Position numbers and translations under genes: made by a program. Of a DNA stretch of 64,000 nucleotides, positions 11,778-23,036 are shown in pieces. The notes below the pieces were generated by a model that saw nothing but the letters and a program-made list of their open reading frames with translations, searched no databases and was not told the origin of the DNA. This stretch comes from Octopus sinensis (taxonomy: Eukaryota). How positions within the stretch are numbered: position 1 is the first letter of the stretch; the number at the start of each line of letters is the position of its first letter. The stretch covers positions 29,202,001 through 29,266,000 of the forward strand of contig NC_042998.1 in assembly GCF_006345805.1 (NCBI RefSeq), written 5' to 3'.

Positions 11778-12333
11778 CTATTTCTTTACTACCCACAAGG
11801 GGCTAAACACAGAGAGGACAAACAGATTAAGTCGATTATATCGACCCCAGTGAGTAACTGGTACTTATTTAATCGACTCCGAAAGGATGAAAGGCAAAGT
11901 CAACCTCGGCGGAATTTGAACTCAGAACGTAGCGGCAGACGAAATAACTATTTCTTTACTACCCACAAGGGGCTAATCACAGAGAGGACAAACAGATTAA
12001 GTCGATTATATCGACTCCAGTGCGTAACTGGTACTTATTTAATCGACCCCGAAACGATGAAAGGCAAAGTCGACCTCGGCGGAATTTGAACTCAGAACGT
12101 AGCGGCAGACGAAATACCAATTTCTTTACTACCCACAAGGGGCTAAACACAGAGAGGACAAACAGATTAAGTCGATTATATCAACCCCAGTGCGTAACTG
12201 GTACTTATTTAATCGACCCCGAAAGGATGAAAAGCAAAGTCGACCTCGGCGGAATTTGAACTCAGAACGTAGCGGCAGACGAAATACCGCGGAGCATTTC
12301 GCCCGGCGTGCTAACGATTCTGCCAGCTCGCCT
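11778..12333 (-). mobile_element. Family B SINE with three tandem 170-bp body units
   Basis: Head GGCGAGCTGGCAGAATCGTTAGCACGCCGGGCG (minus); unit starts at 11778, 11948 and 12118. Confidence 0.9.
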
Positions 12334-13158
12334 TCTCCGCCATACCATTCATCTTACATGGTGGAATGTGCAACTAGGAGACATGTTAAACCTTGGAAGA
12401 TAAATCTATGAGTTAGACGTCACTTTTCGATATATTACCTGCATACCTTAGCACTGCTCGATCAGATATGATCCGTGGCGACACTATAGCGTCAATTTTG
12501 GTGTAGTCACTGCTTTGAATCATGTAAATGTTTGATCGATTGAGGCAGAGAGAATCAACTACCTACCTACGTATACGATGCAAATGCTAGGAGTATGACA
12601 GAAACTTCGGACACATCGACCTCAGGAAGCTATCCAATTAACTCAATCTCTTACGATTTCCTCTTGTCACAGTGTAATTATTCCTCGTCTTCTATAAAGC
12701 TTTGCATTTGGGATCTGTTCACTAAATCTTTCGTGTAATTAAGAGGGACACTAATTTGTAGATAGATCAAATCTTCAACCTACAATACACCGCTGCAATC
12801 ATAAGTAATGTTTCGTAAGAGTGAGATAAGTGAAACAAGGCAGCAGATATGGGTAAGTGTAGTATATCACATTGACTTTATTATTTGATTGATAATTATG
12901 TTATCGATTCCAGAAGATTTGATCTTCAATCTTAAAGACGTGAGTCTAAATGTCGTAAAAGAATCTAGTCTATTTTATCTTTTACTCACTTCAGTCATTA
13001 GACTGCGACCATGCTGGAACACCGCCTTGACGGGTCTACAATTTTGACTAGTGTTATATTACATATATAATATGTATGCAAGTTTTGAGGAAATGAATTT
13101 GTAAGAGAAAACGAAAGCTAACTTATCAAGTATGAACAACAGGAAATTCTAAACCGAA

Positions 13159-13218
<60 letters not shown>

Positions 13219-13237
13219 CATAATAATAATAATAATA

Positions 13238-13440
13238 ATCTCAAGTAATCTCAAGTTTTAAAACAAACATAATTTTCTTATGATTTCTTAAACATTCTCT
13301 AGAACAACACTATATACAAAACCAAATATATGGCACCCTAGGCAAAAAACCAACATGAAATTCCAACTGGTAGTCTCTTGAGGTCTCTGGATGAGACTTG
13401 GAGCCAACTTGTACAAATGTAAAGCAAAAGTCAAAGAGAA
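13238..13440 (+). mobile_element. Probable 3' end of an R4/Dong-type retroelement in (AAT)n
   Basis: Non-repetitive insert bounded by (AAT)n on both sides, like the neighbouring RLE fragments; no clear ORF. Confidence 0.4.
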
Positions 13441-13486
13441 TAATAATAATAATAATGATAATAATAATAATGATGATGATGATGAT

Positions 13487-13523
<37 letters not shown>

Positions 13524-14102
13524 AATAATAATAATAAAAGCTGAGTTAGTTCACCGAAGTATTTGAAACGATTCGAAATTCATTTAATTAGACCTGAGAA
13601 ATTCTGACAATTGTTACGATGAATTTTTTAAAAAAATTAAGATATTCCATGTTACAACACTGTAATTTGAAATATTAAACTTTTTATGCAATTCCATTAT
13701 AGTCCGACCTTCAAGTTGCTATTCACCTCTTTCTTCCTAATTGATTGAAGTGGTTGCAACATTTCTATCAGCGCTTCTGCAATAAACAAAATTATATTTC
13801 AGTCTCGTGGTTCACTTTCTCACAAAGATTAAATTCGATCGATCGGGAAGAACGAATAACCTTTAGAACTATTTAAGGTCATGAAGTATTTAAATGGGTT
13901 GAACACAATACAATCTTCCTTCTAGCAATTTAAAAAGACAGTTCTCTTATTTTAGTAACAACGCTTATATTAAGGAAACATGCATTTTGCTAGCACTATT
14001 GATATAATAATAATATCGCCAGTTGTAATAATGTTTCAATGCCTTTTAGACATTCCATAAATACTCTCTCTCTCTCCTTTTCCTCTCTCACTCTCTCTAC
14101 GT

Positions 14103-14148
<46 letters not shown>

Positions 14149-14397
14149 TGTAGTTTGTTTAAAGCACATATTTAGACAATCCACAGTTATTGGTTTACTT
14201 GAATTATCAGAAATGAGTTGTTTTAACACGATACAAGATAAAATGATTTCACTTTGAATATACTTAAAATATGTTAACAACAACACTGATGATGATGATG
14301 ATGATAATAATAATAATAATAATAATAATATAATAATAATAATAATAATAATAACAACAACAACCATAATAATAATAATTAATAAATAAAGAATAAG

Positions 14398-14762
14398 AGA
14401 GTGCCATAGTTTTCATGTGAAATTGGTTGAACGATATTTCGGCATCTAGCGTGCCTTCCACAGGTTCAAAATTTACAAGTCAGTCTACTTTATTTTTTTT
14501 TGTTAAGATTATATAGGAGTGAGGTAAGTCCTCCAGAAGTTATAGAGAAATAAAAAAATATAACTTCTGGAGGATTTACCTCAGTCTTATATAATCTTAA
14601 CAATAAAAATGAAGTCGAGTGAAAAGTAATTTTTGGACTTGTGGAAGGCACGCTAGATGCCGAACTATCGTTCAACCAATTTCTCATGATAACTATGGCA
14701 CTCTTCTAATTTTTATTTCTCTATAATTTCTGGAGGAGTTACCTTAGTCCTATATAATCTTC
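14398..14762. mobile_element. Long palindrome (arms 14398-14544 and 14559-14704) plus a third partial inverted copy; Penelope-like inverted terminal repeats
   Basis: ~147-bp arms around a 14-nt loop; hammerhead-like fold in each arm. Confidence 0.7.
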
Positions 14763-14869
14763 ACTAATGATGATGATCATAATAATAATAATAATGATAA
14801 TAATAATAATAATATAATAATAATAATAATAATAAAATAATGATAATAATAATAATGATAACAATAATA

Positions 14870-15363
14870 GTGAATGGTACGACCACAAACCTGAAAGCAT
14901 CGTCGAAAATAGAAATGCAAAGATCCTATGGGATCTTATGATTCAGTGCGCCCATGAGATAGAGAATAGGAAGTCAGACATAGTCTTAATTGAATAAGAA
15001 AACAAACTATGCTGGATCATAGATAGAGTATGTTCAGCTGGCAACAAGGTATGCGATAAGGAAGAAAGAAAAGCTGAGAGATATGACAGGTTAGCTTGGG
15101 AAGTTAAGCAGTTGTGGTCGATGAAAAAGGTGGCAGTAGTACCAATAATTGACGGCGCCCTGGGAAGAGTGAGCAAAAATCTCGAAAAGTACGTGGAACA
15201 AATAGAGGCTGCAATAAGGGTGGAGCACTTGCAAAAACAGCACTGCTTGGAACCGTTCGAATACTCCAGAAGGTGCTAAAAAAATAAGAGGTGTTACTTT
15301 AGTTCACTGCTAGTGAACAGTTGACACTGTAGTACATCTCCAGCGTTAGAAGTTGTGCAAATG
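14870..15363 (+). pseudogene. R4/Dong-type non-LTR retroelement fragment, restriction-like endonuclease (second family)
   Basis: EWYDHKPESIVENRNAKILWD...RKSDIVL*...VVPIIDGALG...LLGTVRILQKVL; (AAT)n on both sides. Confidence 0.8.
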
Positions 15364-15371
15364 CAATAATG

Positions 15372-15408
<37 letters not shown>

Positions 15409-15411
15409 TGA

Positions 15412-15620
15412 CGGTTTCAAATTTTGCTACAAGAGCAGCAATTTGGGGGGAGAGGATGAGTCGATTATATCGACCCCAGTGCATAACTGGTACTTAATTT
15501 ATCAACCCCGAAAGGATGAAAGGCAAAGTCGACCTTGGCGGAATTTGAACTCAGAACGTAGCGACGGGCGAAGTATCGCTAAGCATTTCGCCCGGCGTGC
15601 TAACGATTCTGCCAGCTGGC
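15412..15620 (-). mobile_element. Family B SINE (short form) between (AAT)n arrays
   Basis: Matches the head and body of 11778-12333. Confidence 0.85.
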
Positions 15621-15651
15621 TGCAATAATAATAATAATAATAATAATAATT

Positions 15652-16140
15652 CACAGACATGACAGAGTTGGAACCTACATACATTGGAAGCTATGCCAAC
15701 ATTATGGAATAACAACAGACAAAAGATGGTATAGGCACACACCAGAAAAGGTCACAGAAAACGAGAAAGCAACCATACTCTGGGATATGCCGATACACAC
15801 AGATAGAGAAATTAAGGCCAACAGACCAGATATAGTTGTCAGAGATCATGAAGAAAAAAAATGCTTTCTAATTGATGTATCAATACCGGCTGGTGACAAC
15901 GTGTCTCTAAAAGAAATGGAGAAACTCTCAAAATACAAAGACCTGGAAATAGAGGTAACTAGAATGTGGAATCTGAAAACAGAAACAATTCCTATCATAG
16001 TAGGTGCATTAGGCATGATAAAAAAATATTCAGACAAATACATAACAAAAACACCAGGACTTACAAACACATATAACATACAGAAAATTGCAATACTAGG
16101 CACTGCACACATCCTACGCAGAACACTTTCCATACAATAA
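15652..16140 (+). CDS. 5'-truncated R4/Dong-type ORF, PD-(D/E)xK restriction-like endonuclease; element ends ~16237
   Basis: Open frame HRHDRVGTYIHWKLC...ILWDMPIHTDREIKANRPDIVV...LIDVSIP...EKLSKYKDL...IIVGALG...LGTAHILRRTLSIQ*; bounded by (AAT)n. Confidence 0.9.
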   Translation, partial: HRHDRVGTYIHWKLCQHYGITTDKRWYRHTPEKVTENEKATILWDMPIHTDREIKANRPDIVVRDHEEKKCFLIDVSIPAGDNVSLKEMEKLSKYKDLEIEVTRMWNLKTETIPIIVGALGMIKKYSDKYITKTPGLTNTYNIQKIAILGTAHILRRTLSIQ

Positions 16141-16261
16141 CCATCAGAGCATCACAACAAATCACAGCACATACCCAAGGCACACAGAGCTGCGCTCGGT
16201 AGTGAAGTGAAAGCACGCTATAAAAATAAAACTACTGAATAATAATAATAATAATAATAAT

Positions 16262-16301
<40 letters not shown>

Positions 16302-16473
16302 GTGGTATCAATTTGGGAATGCGTTAAGTCGATTGCATCAACCCCAGTCCTCAATGGCACTTGAATTCAGAAAGTGACGTCGAAAGAAATGCTGCTAAGT
16401 GCTTTTTCCCGGCGTGCTAACGATTCTGCCTACTCGCCACTCTTATGGCTTCATTATTAAGCATTAAGAATTA

Positions 16474-16735
16474 GGCAGCGAGCTAACAGAGATGTTAGAA
16501 TGCCGGGCGAAATGCTTAGCGGTATTTCGTCTGCCGCTACGTTCTGAGTTCAAATACCGCCAAGGTCGACTTTGCCTTTCATACTTTCGGGGTCGATTAA
16601 ATAAGTACCAGTTACGCACTGGGGTCGATATAATCAATTTAATCCGTTTGTCTGTCCTTGTTTGTCTCCTCTCTGTTTAGCCCCTTGTGGGTAGTAAAGA
16701 AATAGGTATTTCGGCCGCCGCAACGTTCTGAGTTC
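16474..16735 (+). mobile_element. Family B SINE with the start of a second unit
   Basis: Body matches the other B copies. Confidence 0.85.
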
Positions 16736-17211
16736 AGACTTTACTTGGAATATAAGAACGATCGTCTATTCAGTATTCACAGAAAAATTTCAGTTAATTA
16801 TAAATGTTAATGTTATATGTCTCAACTATGCATGAAGTTGTCTTTGAGTCACATTTATAAATTACAAGTATGGAAGAATAATTGCTATAATTTCGTTGTA
16901 CTTAATGATATAAGCGTTTTTTTTTTCGTCTTCTTAGCATTAATTTCATTATTGAAACATTCAGCTTTCTTAATGATACTCTAATCGGTTGACAAAGAAC
17001 TAGGCTATGTCGTGAATTCAATATCATTTACGAAATTATACGCCAACCACTTCAACTAATTTTGAAATATATCTTTATTAGGCCATATTTTTTTCTTGTG
17101 TTAATAATTTATAGAACCAAAAGAAATTAGCTTCATTTGTAAGACAGCTATTACTCGAACATATGTCATGGGTTAGATATTCGAAACGAATATATATATA
17201 TATATCAATGT

Positions 17212-17430
17212 GAAGGCGCAATGGCTCAGTGGTTAGGGCAGCGGATTCACGGTCGTAGGATCGTAGTTTCGATTCCCAGGTCTTGGGCAAGTGTCTTCTA
17301 CTATAGCCTCGGGCCAACCAAAGCATTGTGAGTGAATTTGGTAGACGGAAACTGAAAGACGCCCGTCGTTTATATATTATATATATATTATATATACACA
17401 TATAAATATATACATATATATATATATATG
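17212..17430 (+). mobile_element. 5' half of a SINE (E-type head, A-type body) split by LINE 1
   Basis: GAAGGCGCAATGGCTCAGTGGTTAGGGCAGCGG head joined to CTTGGGCAAGTGTCTTCTACTATAGCC...GAAAGACGCCCGTCG and a TA run. Confidence 0.85.
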
Positions 17431-17432
17431 CT

Positions 17433-19340
17433 TTTAAATTAATAAATAAACACTTCGATAAACTGAGATGTGTTTTCTCTTCGAACGCATCACCAGCGCA
17501 ACAACAACAACAACAACCTCAACAACAACAAACTCAGCAGCAACAACAACAACAACAGCTACAGCAACAACAACAACTTCAGCAGCAACAACCTCAGAGG
17601 CAACAACAACAACCTCAACAACAACAACAGGATGAACCACTCCTTGATTCATCTACAATGGCCGATTTGCTAAATGAAACGATTGACCCCCCAGTCATCA
17701 GGGTCACACAGCAGGAAGCACCACCCCTTCCTTTCACTGCCCCAGCAGCTCAATCATCATCATTGTCAACACCATCTCCTCTGCTTACTACTACTAGTAC
17801 TACTCCCACTATATATCGACAAACATCTTTGTCTTGGAATCGACCTCCTCAATCATTACCACTGTCAACATCTCTTCTACCTACTACTACTACTACAACA
17901 GCTACTACTACTAATGCTATCTCAAGGAATTACCTCCTACAGGTCACAAAGGTCGCCAAAACTTCAACAAACTATCATCTACACCTTTCACAGCTCACAC
18001 ACGCACCTACACACCCACTCGAAACCCCATCATTTGCCGATATTCTCTTCGCCATAGACTGTGCACTGATAGAGACTGCAAATTCACCCATTTACCTGGA
18101 ACAAAACGCTCTATCCCCACAAACTACAACAGCAACCACCATAATACAACATCACACAACCACCAATATCTCAAACAAGGAATCCCCAAATCTGCCGCTA
18201 TTCCCAGCGAGACAGATTGTGCTTGCACAGGGATTGCCCCTTTACCCATCTCCGGGGACTCGTCGGACATTTAAAGATAACCACTCACATAAAAATAGCC
18301 GCGGCCACAGTCACCTGCGGTTCCCTAGACAGGAAACCACCTCTTCTTCCTCTTTTTTAGCTATAATGAATCTAGCAAAAGAACTGGAAAAAAACATCCG
18401 AGCTATCACACCACCGCCATCCACCACTATTACCCCCATACACATGCCATTAAAAAGCAATCAAATAAACAAATCACCAAAACAATTAAAACCATCCACT
18501 CTCGCCTCAACATTTCTGCTTAATGCCCAAGGCATCAGCCCTTCCACCAATACACAAAAATGGAAGATAAGATTCCTGGAGGACTGGGTCGAGGCCCATC
18601 CAAACCACATCCCTTTCTTCGTCCTCACTGAAACCCATCTTAGTGACCTCCACTTGGAAGCCGAGGTGAAAGTTAAAAATTTCAAAACCATTCGTGCTGA
18701 TCGTGTTGGCAGAAGAAAGGGTGGGACTGCCATTTATGTCCATGATTCATTCTCAACAGAAGCCATGAACATATTTTCGAATGGATACTGCGAAGCAGTC
18801 GCTGTATTCAGTCAAACCAACAACTTAACAGTAGTTGGGCTCTACAGACCACCCCAAACGCCCCTACCATGCTTCAAGGAATGCCTCAACAGCATAAAGT
18901 GTTTCATTCAGCAGTGTCAACCTGACAACATTTTAATGATGGGAGATTTCAACCTTCCCGGGGTTGACTGGTCTACAAACAGTCTGCCGCCAGGTTCTTC
19001 TCTCTCAACCCCTGACAGGGAGGCAGTGGAATCGCTTCTTGACTTCATGGATGACTTCTTCTTGTCCCAACTGGTACTCGAACCAACGAGATGTCACAAA
19101 AACGTCTTAGACTTAATTTTCAGCAATCACACTGATACTATCCACAATATTGCAGTGGAGAAAACCCTACTCTCCGACCATGACATGGTTCTCTGTGATC
19201 TGAGATTTCACTGGCCAAAATGCAAAACAAATGTCATCCCTCCTGTTCATCCATTTGACACTATGGATTTCCACAATGCAAACTGGGAAGCGATCAATAA
19301 TGATCTTGCACAAGTCGATTGGTCCTTCACGCACACATAA
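17433..19340 (+). CDS. LINE 1 N-terminal region and apurinic-like endonuclease
   Basis: Frame open from 17433 (FKLINKHFDKL...poly-Q); APE motifs LLNAQG, LTETHL, GLYRPP, MGDFNLP, LDLIF, LSDHDMV. The true CCCH fingers lie in other frames (18035-18091, 18193-18249). Confidence 0.9.
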   Translation, partial: FKLINKHFDKLRCVFSSNASPAQQQQQQPQQQQTQQQQQQQQLQQQQQLQQQQPQRQQQQPQQQQQDEPLLDSSTMADLLNETIDPPVIRVTQQEAPPLPFTAPAAQSSSLSTPSPLLTTTSTTPTIYRQTSLSWNRPPQSLPLSTSLLPTTTTTTATTTNAISRNYLLQVTKVAKTSTNYHLHLSQLTHAPTHPLETPSFADILFAIDCALIETANSPIYLEQNALSPQTTTATTIIQHHTTTNISNKESPNLPLFPARQIVLAQGLPLYPSPGTRRTFKDNHSHKNSRGHSHLRFPRQETTSSSSFLAIMNLAKELEKNIRAITPPPSTTITPIHMPLKSNQINKSPKQLKPSTLASTFLLNAQGISPSTNTQKWKIRFLEDWVEAHPNHIPFFVLTETHLSDLHLEAEVKVKNFKTIRADRVGRRKGGTAIYVHDSFSTEAMNIFSNGYCEAVAVFSQTNNLTVVGLYRPPQTPLPCFKECLNSIKCFIQQCQPDNILMMGDFNLPGVDWSTNSLPPGSSLSTPDREAVESLLDFMDDFFLSQLVLEPTRCHKNVLDLIFSNHTDTIHNIAVEKTLLSDHDMVLCDLRFHWPKCKTNVIPPVHPFDTMDFHNANWEAINNDLAQVDWSFTHT

Positions 19341-21458
19341 CACCCACTAACATCAAAAAGTCCTGGCAGTCACTTGTAGACACCATCACGAACATATGTG
19401 CAAGACACACCCCATTAAGATCTGCAAACAAATCTAAGTGTCGAATCCCTAGAAATAGAAAATCTCTCATAAGGAAAATTAAAAGAATCAACAAAAAGAT
19501 CAACATGCTGAAATACTGTCAACAGCAACACACCAACCTGACTGCCATCTCGTCGCTAGAGATTAAAAAACATAAACTCCAAAACAACATGATGTCTATC
19601 ATCAATAGTCAGCGAAGAGCTGAAGAGGCCTGGGCCATTGAGAAGATCAAACTCAATCCCAAAGTGTTCTTTTCATTTGCAAAAAAACACAGAGTCACTG
19701 GTTCTACTGTTGGCCCTCTGATTGATGAAAATGGTACTCTTCAAGACAATGCCAAAACCATGGGAGAAATATTGCAGAAACAATATTGCTCTGTTTTCAG
19801 CAATCCTGATATGACTGATCTGGGCTGTATCAGTGATGTTACTCCCCAATACACTTTATCGGACATAACATTTGGCGCTCCTGATGTCTTAGCAGCAATA
19901 AAGGAAATGAAGCATAATTCAGCAGTAGGTCCCGATAGGTTCCCTGCTTGTGTCTTGAAGATGTGTCAAAACCAACTTGCACCCCCTCTAGCCAATCTGT
20001 GGCGGAACTCATTGGATGCTGGATATATACCAGAAGACCTTCTATCCCAGTCTGTTGTCCCAGTTTTCAAAAAAGGAAACAAATCGCTTGCCGTGAATTA
20101 CCGTCCAATCTCACTCACCTCTCATATCATCAAGGTATTTGAGAGGGTGCTGAGATCGCGTATGACTCACTTCCTTGAGAGTCATAATATGCTGAACCCC
20201 AACCAGCATGGATTCCGTAATGGGAGAGATTGCCTGACGCAGCTACTGCATCATTTTGATGACATTTTGAGAGCCTTGGGAGAGGGTTCCAACACTGATG
20301 TCATCTACCTTGATTTCAGCAAGGCCTTTGACAGGGTTGATCATAAGATCCTTCTGAGAAAGCTGTCCAATATGGTGTCACTGGAAAGCTGCTGCAATGG
20401 ATCAAGTGCTTCCTCTCTAACAGAACCCAACATGTTGTAGTCGAAGGAGTCAAATCCAGCCCAGCCAAAGTCAGCAGTGGTGTCCCACAAGGCACTGTGT
20501 TGGGCCCACTTCTCTTCATCATCTACATAAATGATATTACTGACACCATCAAACACAGCAACATCAGAACCTTCGCTGATGATTCCAAGCTCCAGAAGGT
20601 CATCAATGGCGTGGATGACCGAATAAACCTTCAGTCAGACCTACTGGCTGTTGTCCAATGGGCGGAAAAGAATAACATGTTGCTAAATGAAGACAAATTC
20701 GAACTGATCCACTTTGGAAGGGAGGACGCTCTGAAACTCCCATACTCTTCCTTCTGGAGAAATTCTCATGGCATCCAACAACATCAGAGACCTGGGAGTA
20801 ACAGTGGACAACAACATAAGCTGGGCTACACATATAAGCAGCAAAGTTGACATGGCCCGCAGAATGTGTTCCTGGATTCTCAGAACCTTCCAGTCGAGAG
20901 ATTCCCACGCTATTATCCTTCTCTTCTCCACTTTTGCCCGACCCCACCTTGAATACTGCTGTCCACTGTGGTCCCTACACAAAACAAAATATTATGAGAA
21001 TTGAAGCTCCCCAAAGGTCATTCACAAAAAAGATAGATGGCATGTCAGACCTTGACTACTGGGGTAGACTAGAGAAGCTGAAATTGTATTCACTCCAACG
21101 ACGCCGTGAACGCTACATTATCTGTATGATGTGGAAAATATTCCATCAGCACTGTCCGAATGATGTTGGCATCACCTTCAAAATGCATCCAAGGCTTGGA
21201 CCACGTGCCATCCGTCCACAACAAAAATCTAAATCGCATCACATAACGACAATACGGCACAACTATTTCACCTCAATTGGACCCGCTCTCTTCAACATTA
21301 CACCAGGACACGTCAAAAAAGAAACTGACCACACAAAATTCAAGAAGTCTTTGGACAAATTCCTTCAAACAGTACCGGACAAACCACCCACACCGGATAT
21401 GTCTCCGCAAACAATAACTCTCTGCTCGAATGGGCTTGGTGCCCAAATCCTGAACTGA
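19319..21458 (+). pseudogene. LINE 1 reverse transcriptase, split by small frameshifts
   Basis: YRPISLTS, QHGFR, YLDFSKAFDRVDH, GVPQGTVLGP, FADDSK, LYSLQRRRERY; frameshifts near 19335, 20372, 20745 and 20975. Confidence 0.95.
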
Positions 21459-21586
21459 AAGACTTCGCCAGGTGGTGCTATTAAGTAGACATGGCCTGGG
21501 CCAATACTGGCCAAAAACCTTTCTAAGTTATTTAAGTAAGTTATATATATATATATATGTATGTATATATACACATATAAATATAC

Positions 21587-21619
<33 letters not shown>

Positions 21620-21626
21620 CATATAA

Positions 21627-21669
<43 letters not shown>

Positions 21670-21682
<13 letters not shown>

Positions 21683-21888
21683 GTGTGTGTGTGTTTGTGT
21701 GCCTGTGTTTGTCCCCCCAACATCGCTTGACAACCGACGCTAGTGTGTTTACGTCACCGTAAAGAGACCGATAGAATAAGTACTAGGCTTATAAAGAATA
21801 TGTCTTGAGGTCGTTGTGCCCGACTAAAGACGGTGCTCCAGCATGGCCACAGTCAAATGACTGAAACAAGTAAAAGAGTAAAAGAGAG
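21670..21888 (+). mobile_element. 3' half of the SINE split by LINE 1
   Basis: GTGTTTGTCCCCCCAACATCGCTTGACAACC...GACTGAAACAAGTAAAAGAG continues where 17212-17430 stopped. Confidence 0.85.
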
Positions 21889-23036
21889 AATAATAAATGA
21901 AGACTTTAAAATACCAATCGGTGCAATATATATGAGATTCACTTTCGGGGTCGATTAAATAAGTACCAGTTACGCACTGGGGTCGATGTAATCAACTTAA
22001 TCTCCTTGTCTGTCCTTGTTTGACCCTCTCTATGTTTAGCCCCCTGTGGGTAATAAAGAAATAAATATAGATGAGATTCCTCAAATTTGTAACAACTACT
22101 TCTTATTCAAAACAACAGAGGAAATAAGAACTGAAGCTGTTCTTCGTCAGTTAAAGTCATATACTTGTTTGACATCTTTAATCCATAAATTACACACTTA
22201 AGTGCGAAACAATTCTATGAAAGCTCTGAGGAATACTGTTTATTTTTTCTGTGATAGATAGACAATGGCGTTCAATTAAACATCACTGCATAATCAACAG
22301 AATTAAGACACGAAGAAAAACTAAACAACTTGTCTTTAATAAGTGGCAAGAGGCCGTGTTAGATGTAACAAGAATTATAGTAGAAGTAGCTGCAATTGTG
22401 TCATAAAGTCCATAAGTATAGCAAATGTCAATTCACGACAGCTAATGTATTCCGTTGTCTTGTGTACTTGGATTAATCTTTATGTCTCCCAAGAACCTAT
22501 GTCGCTGGATTTAAACTTCATTCTTAATAAACGTGAAGTATGAAGGTTGAAGCCAAATACTTAACGTTTAGTCCTTGAGAATGAACTGTTTGAAGTTAAA
22601 AGAATATAAACAAATTTGAAATACGAATGGGTTATTTGTTTATAATGCCTCTTTCGTAAATGTTTATTAAAACCGTAAGCAACAACTTGCATGTAAAGAT
22701 TATGATTTTCTACCAGAACACACTCATTTAACGTCTGACAACATTTCTATACGTTTATTTATGAATGCGTAATTTATTATATAACAAGCATAGCTATGCC
22801 ATTAAAAATACCGACAGTTTTATTAATGATGGCTGCTATTTCTAGCACATCCAGCTTAAACTTCAAATGGATTTTTCGCGAAGAGAATGGAAACTGAAAA
22901 TATGAACACTGGCGGGTGTAACAAAGAATTTAGAAATGTACTTCGTCTTAATGTTGACTTGAGACGTCTTGTTTGGGAAGAGTTCAGAAATTAATAATTA
23001 TCAAGCAAAAGCGAGACGATTCTGAAGCATTAAAAA

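Larger units (their letters stand above)
13160..16300 (+). repeat. Cluster of (AAT)n/(GAT)n arrays, all on the same strand
   Basis: Arrays at ~13160, 13440, 14290, 14765, 15364, 15624 and 16238. Confidence 0.95.
17431..21541 (+). mobile_element. CR1-group LINE (copy 1), 5'-truncated within its N-terminal ORF region
   Basis: poly-Q, two CCCH fingers, APE, RT and a 3' UTR ending in short repeats and (TA)n; homologous along its length to 31294-35903. Confidence 0.95.

Noticed and set aside
11778-12333. 170-bp tandem units as a hammerhead retrozyme
   Set aside because: No CUGANGA/GAAA core on either strand, and the array is attached to a SINE head.
12673-12857. Strong GG|GTAAGT donor with an upstream acceptor as a coding exon
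   Set aside because: Stops in all three frames.
17900-18260. Middle of the 560-aa ORF taken as the real protein sequence
   Set aside because: The conserved CCCH fingers are in the other two frames, so this stretch of the listed translation is out of frame.
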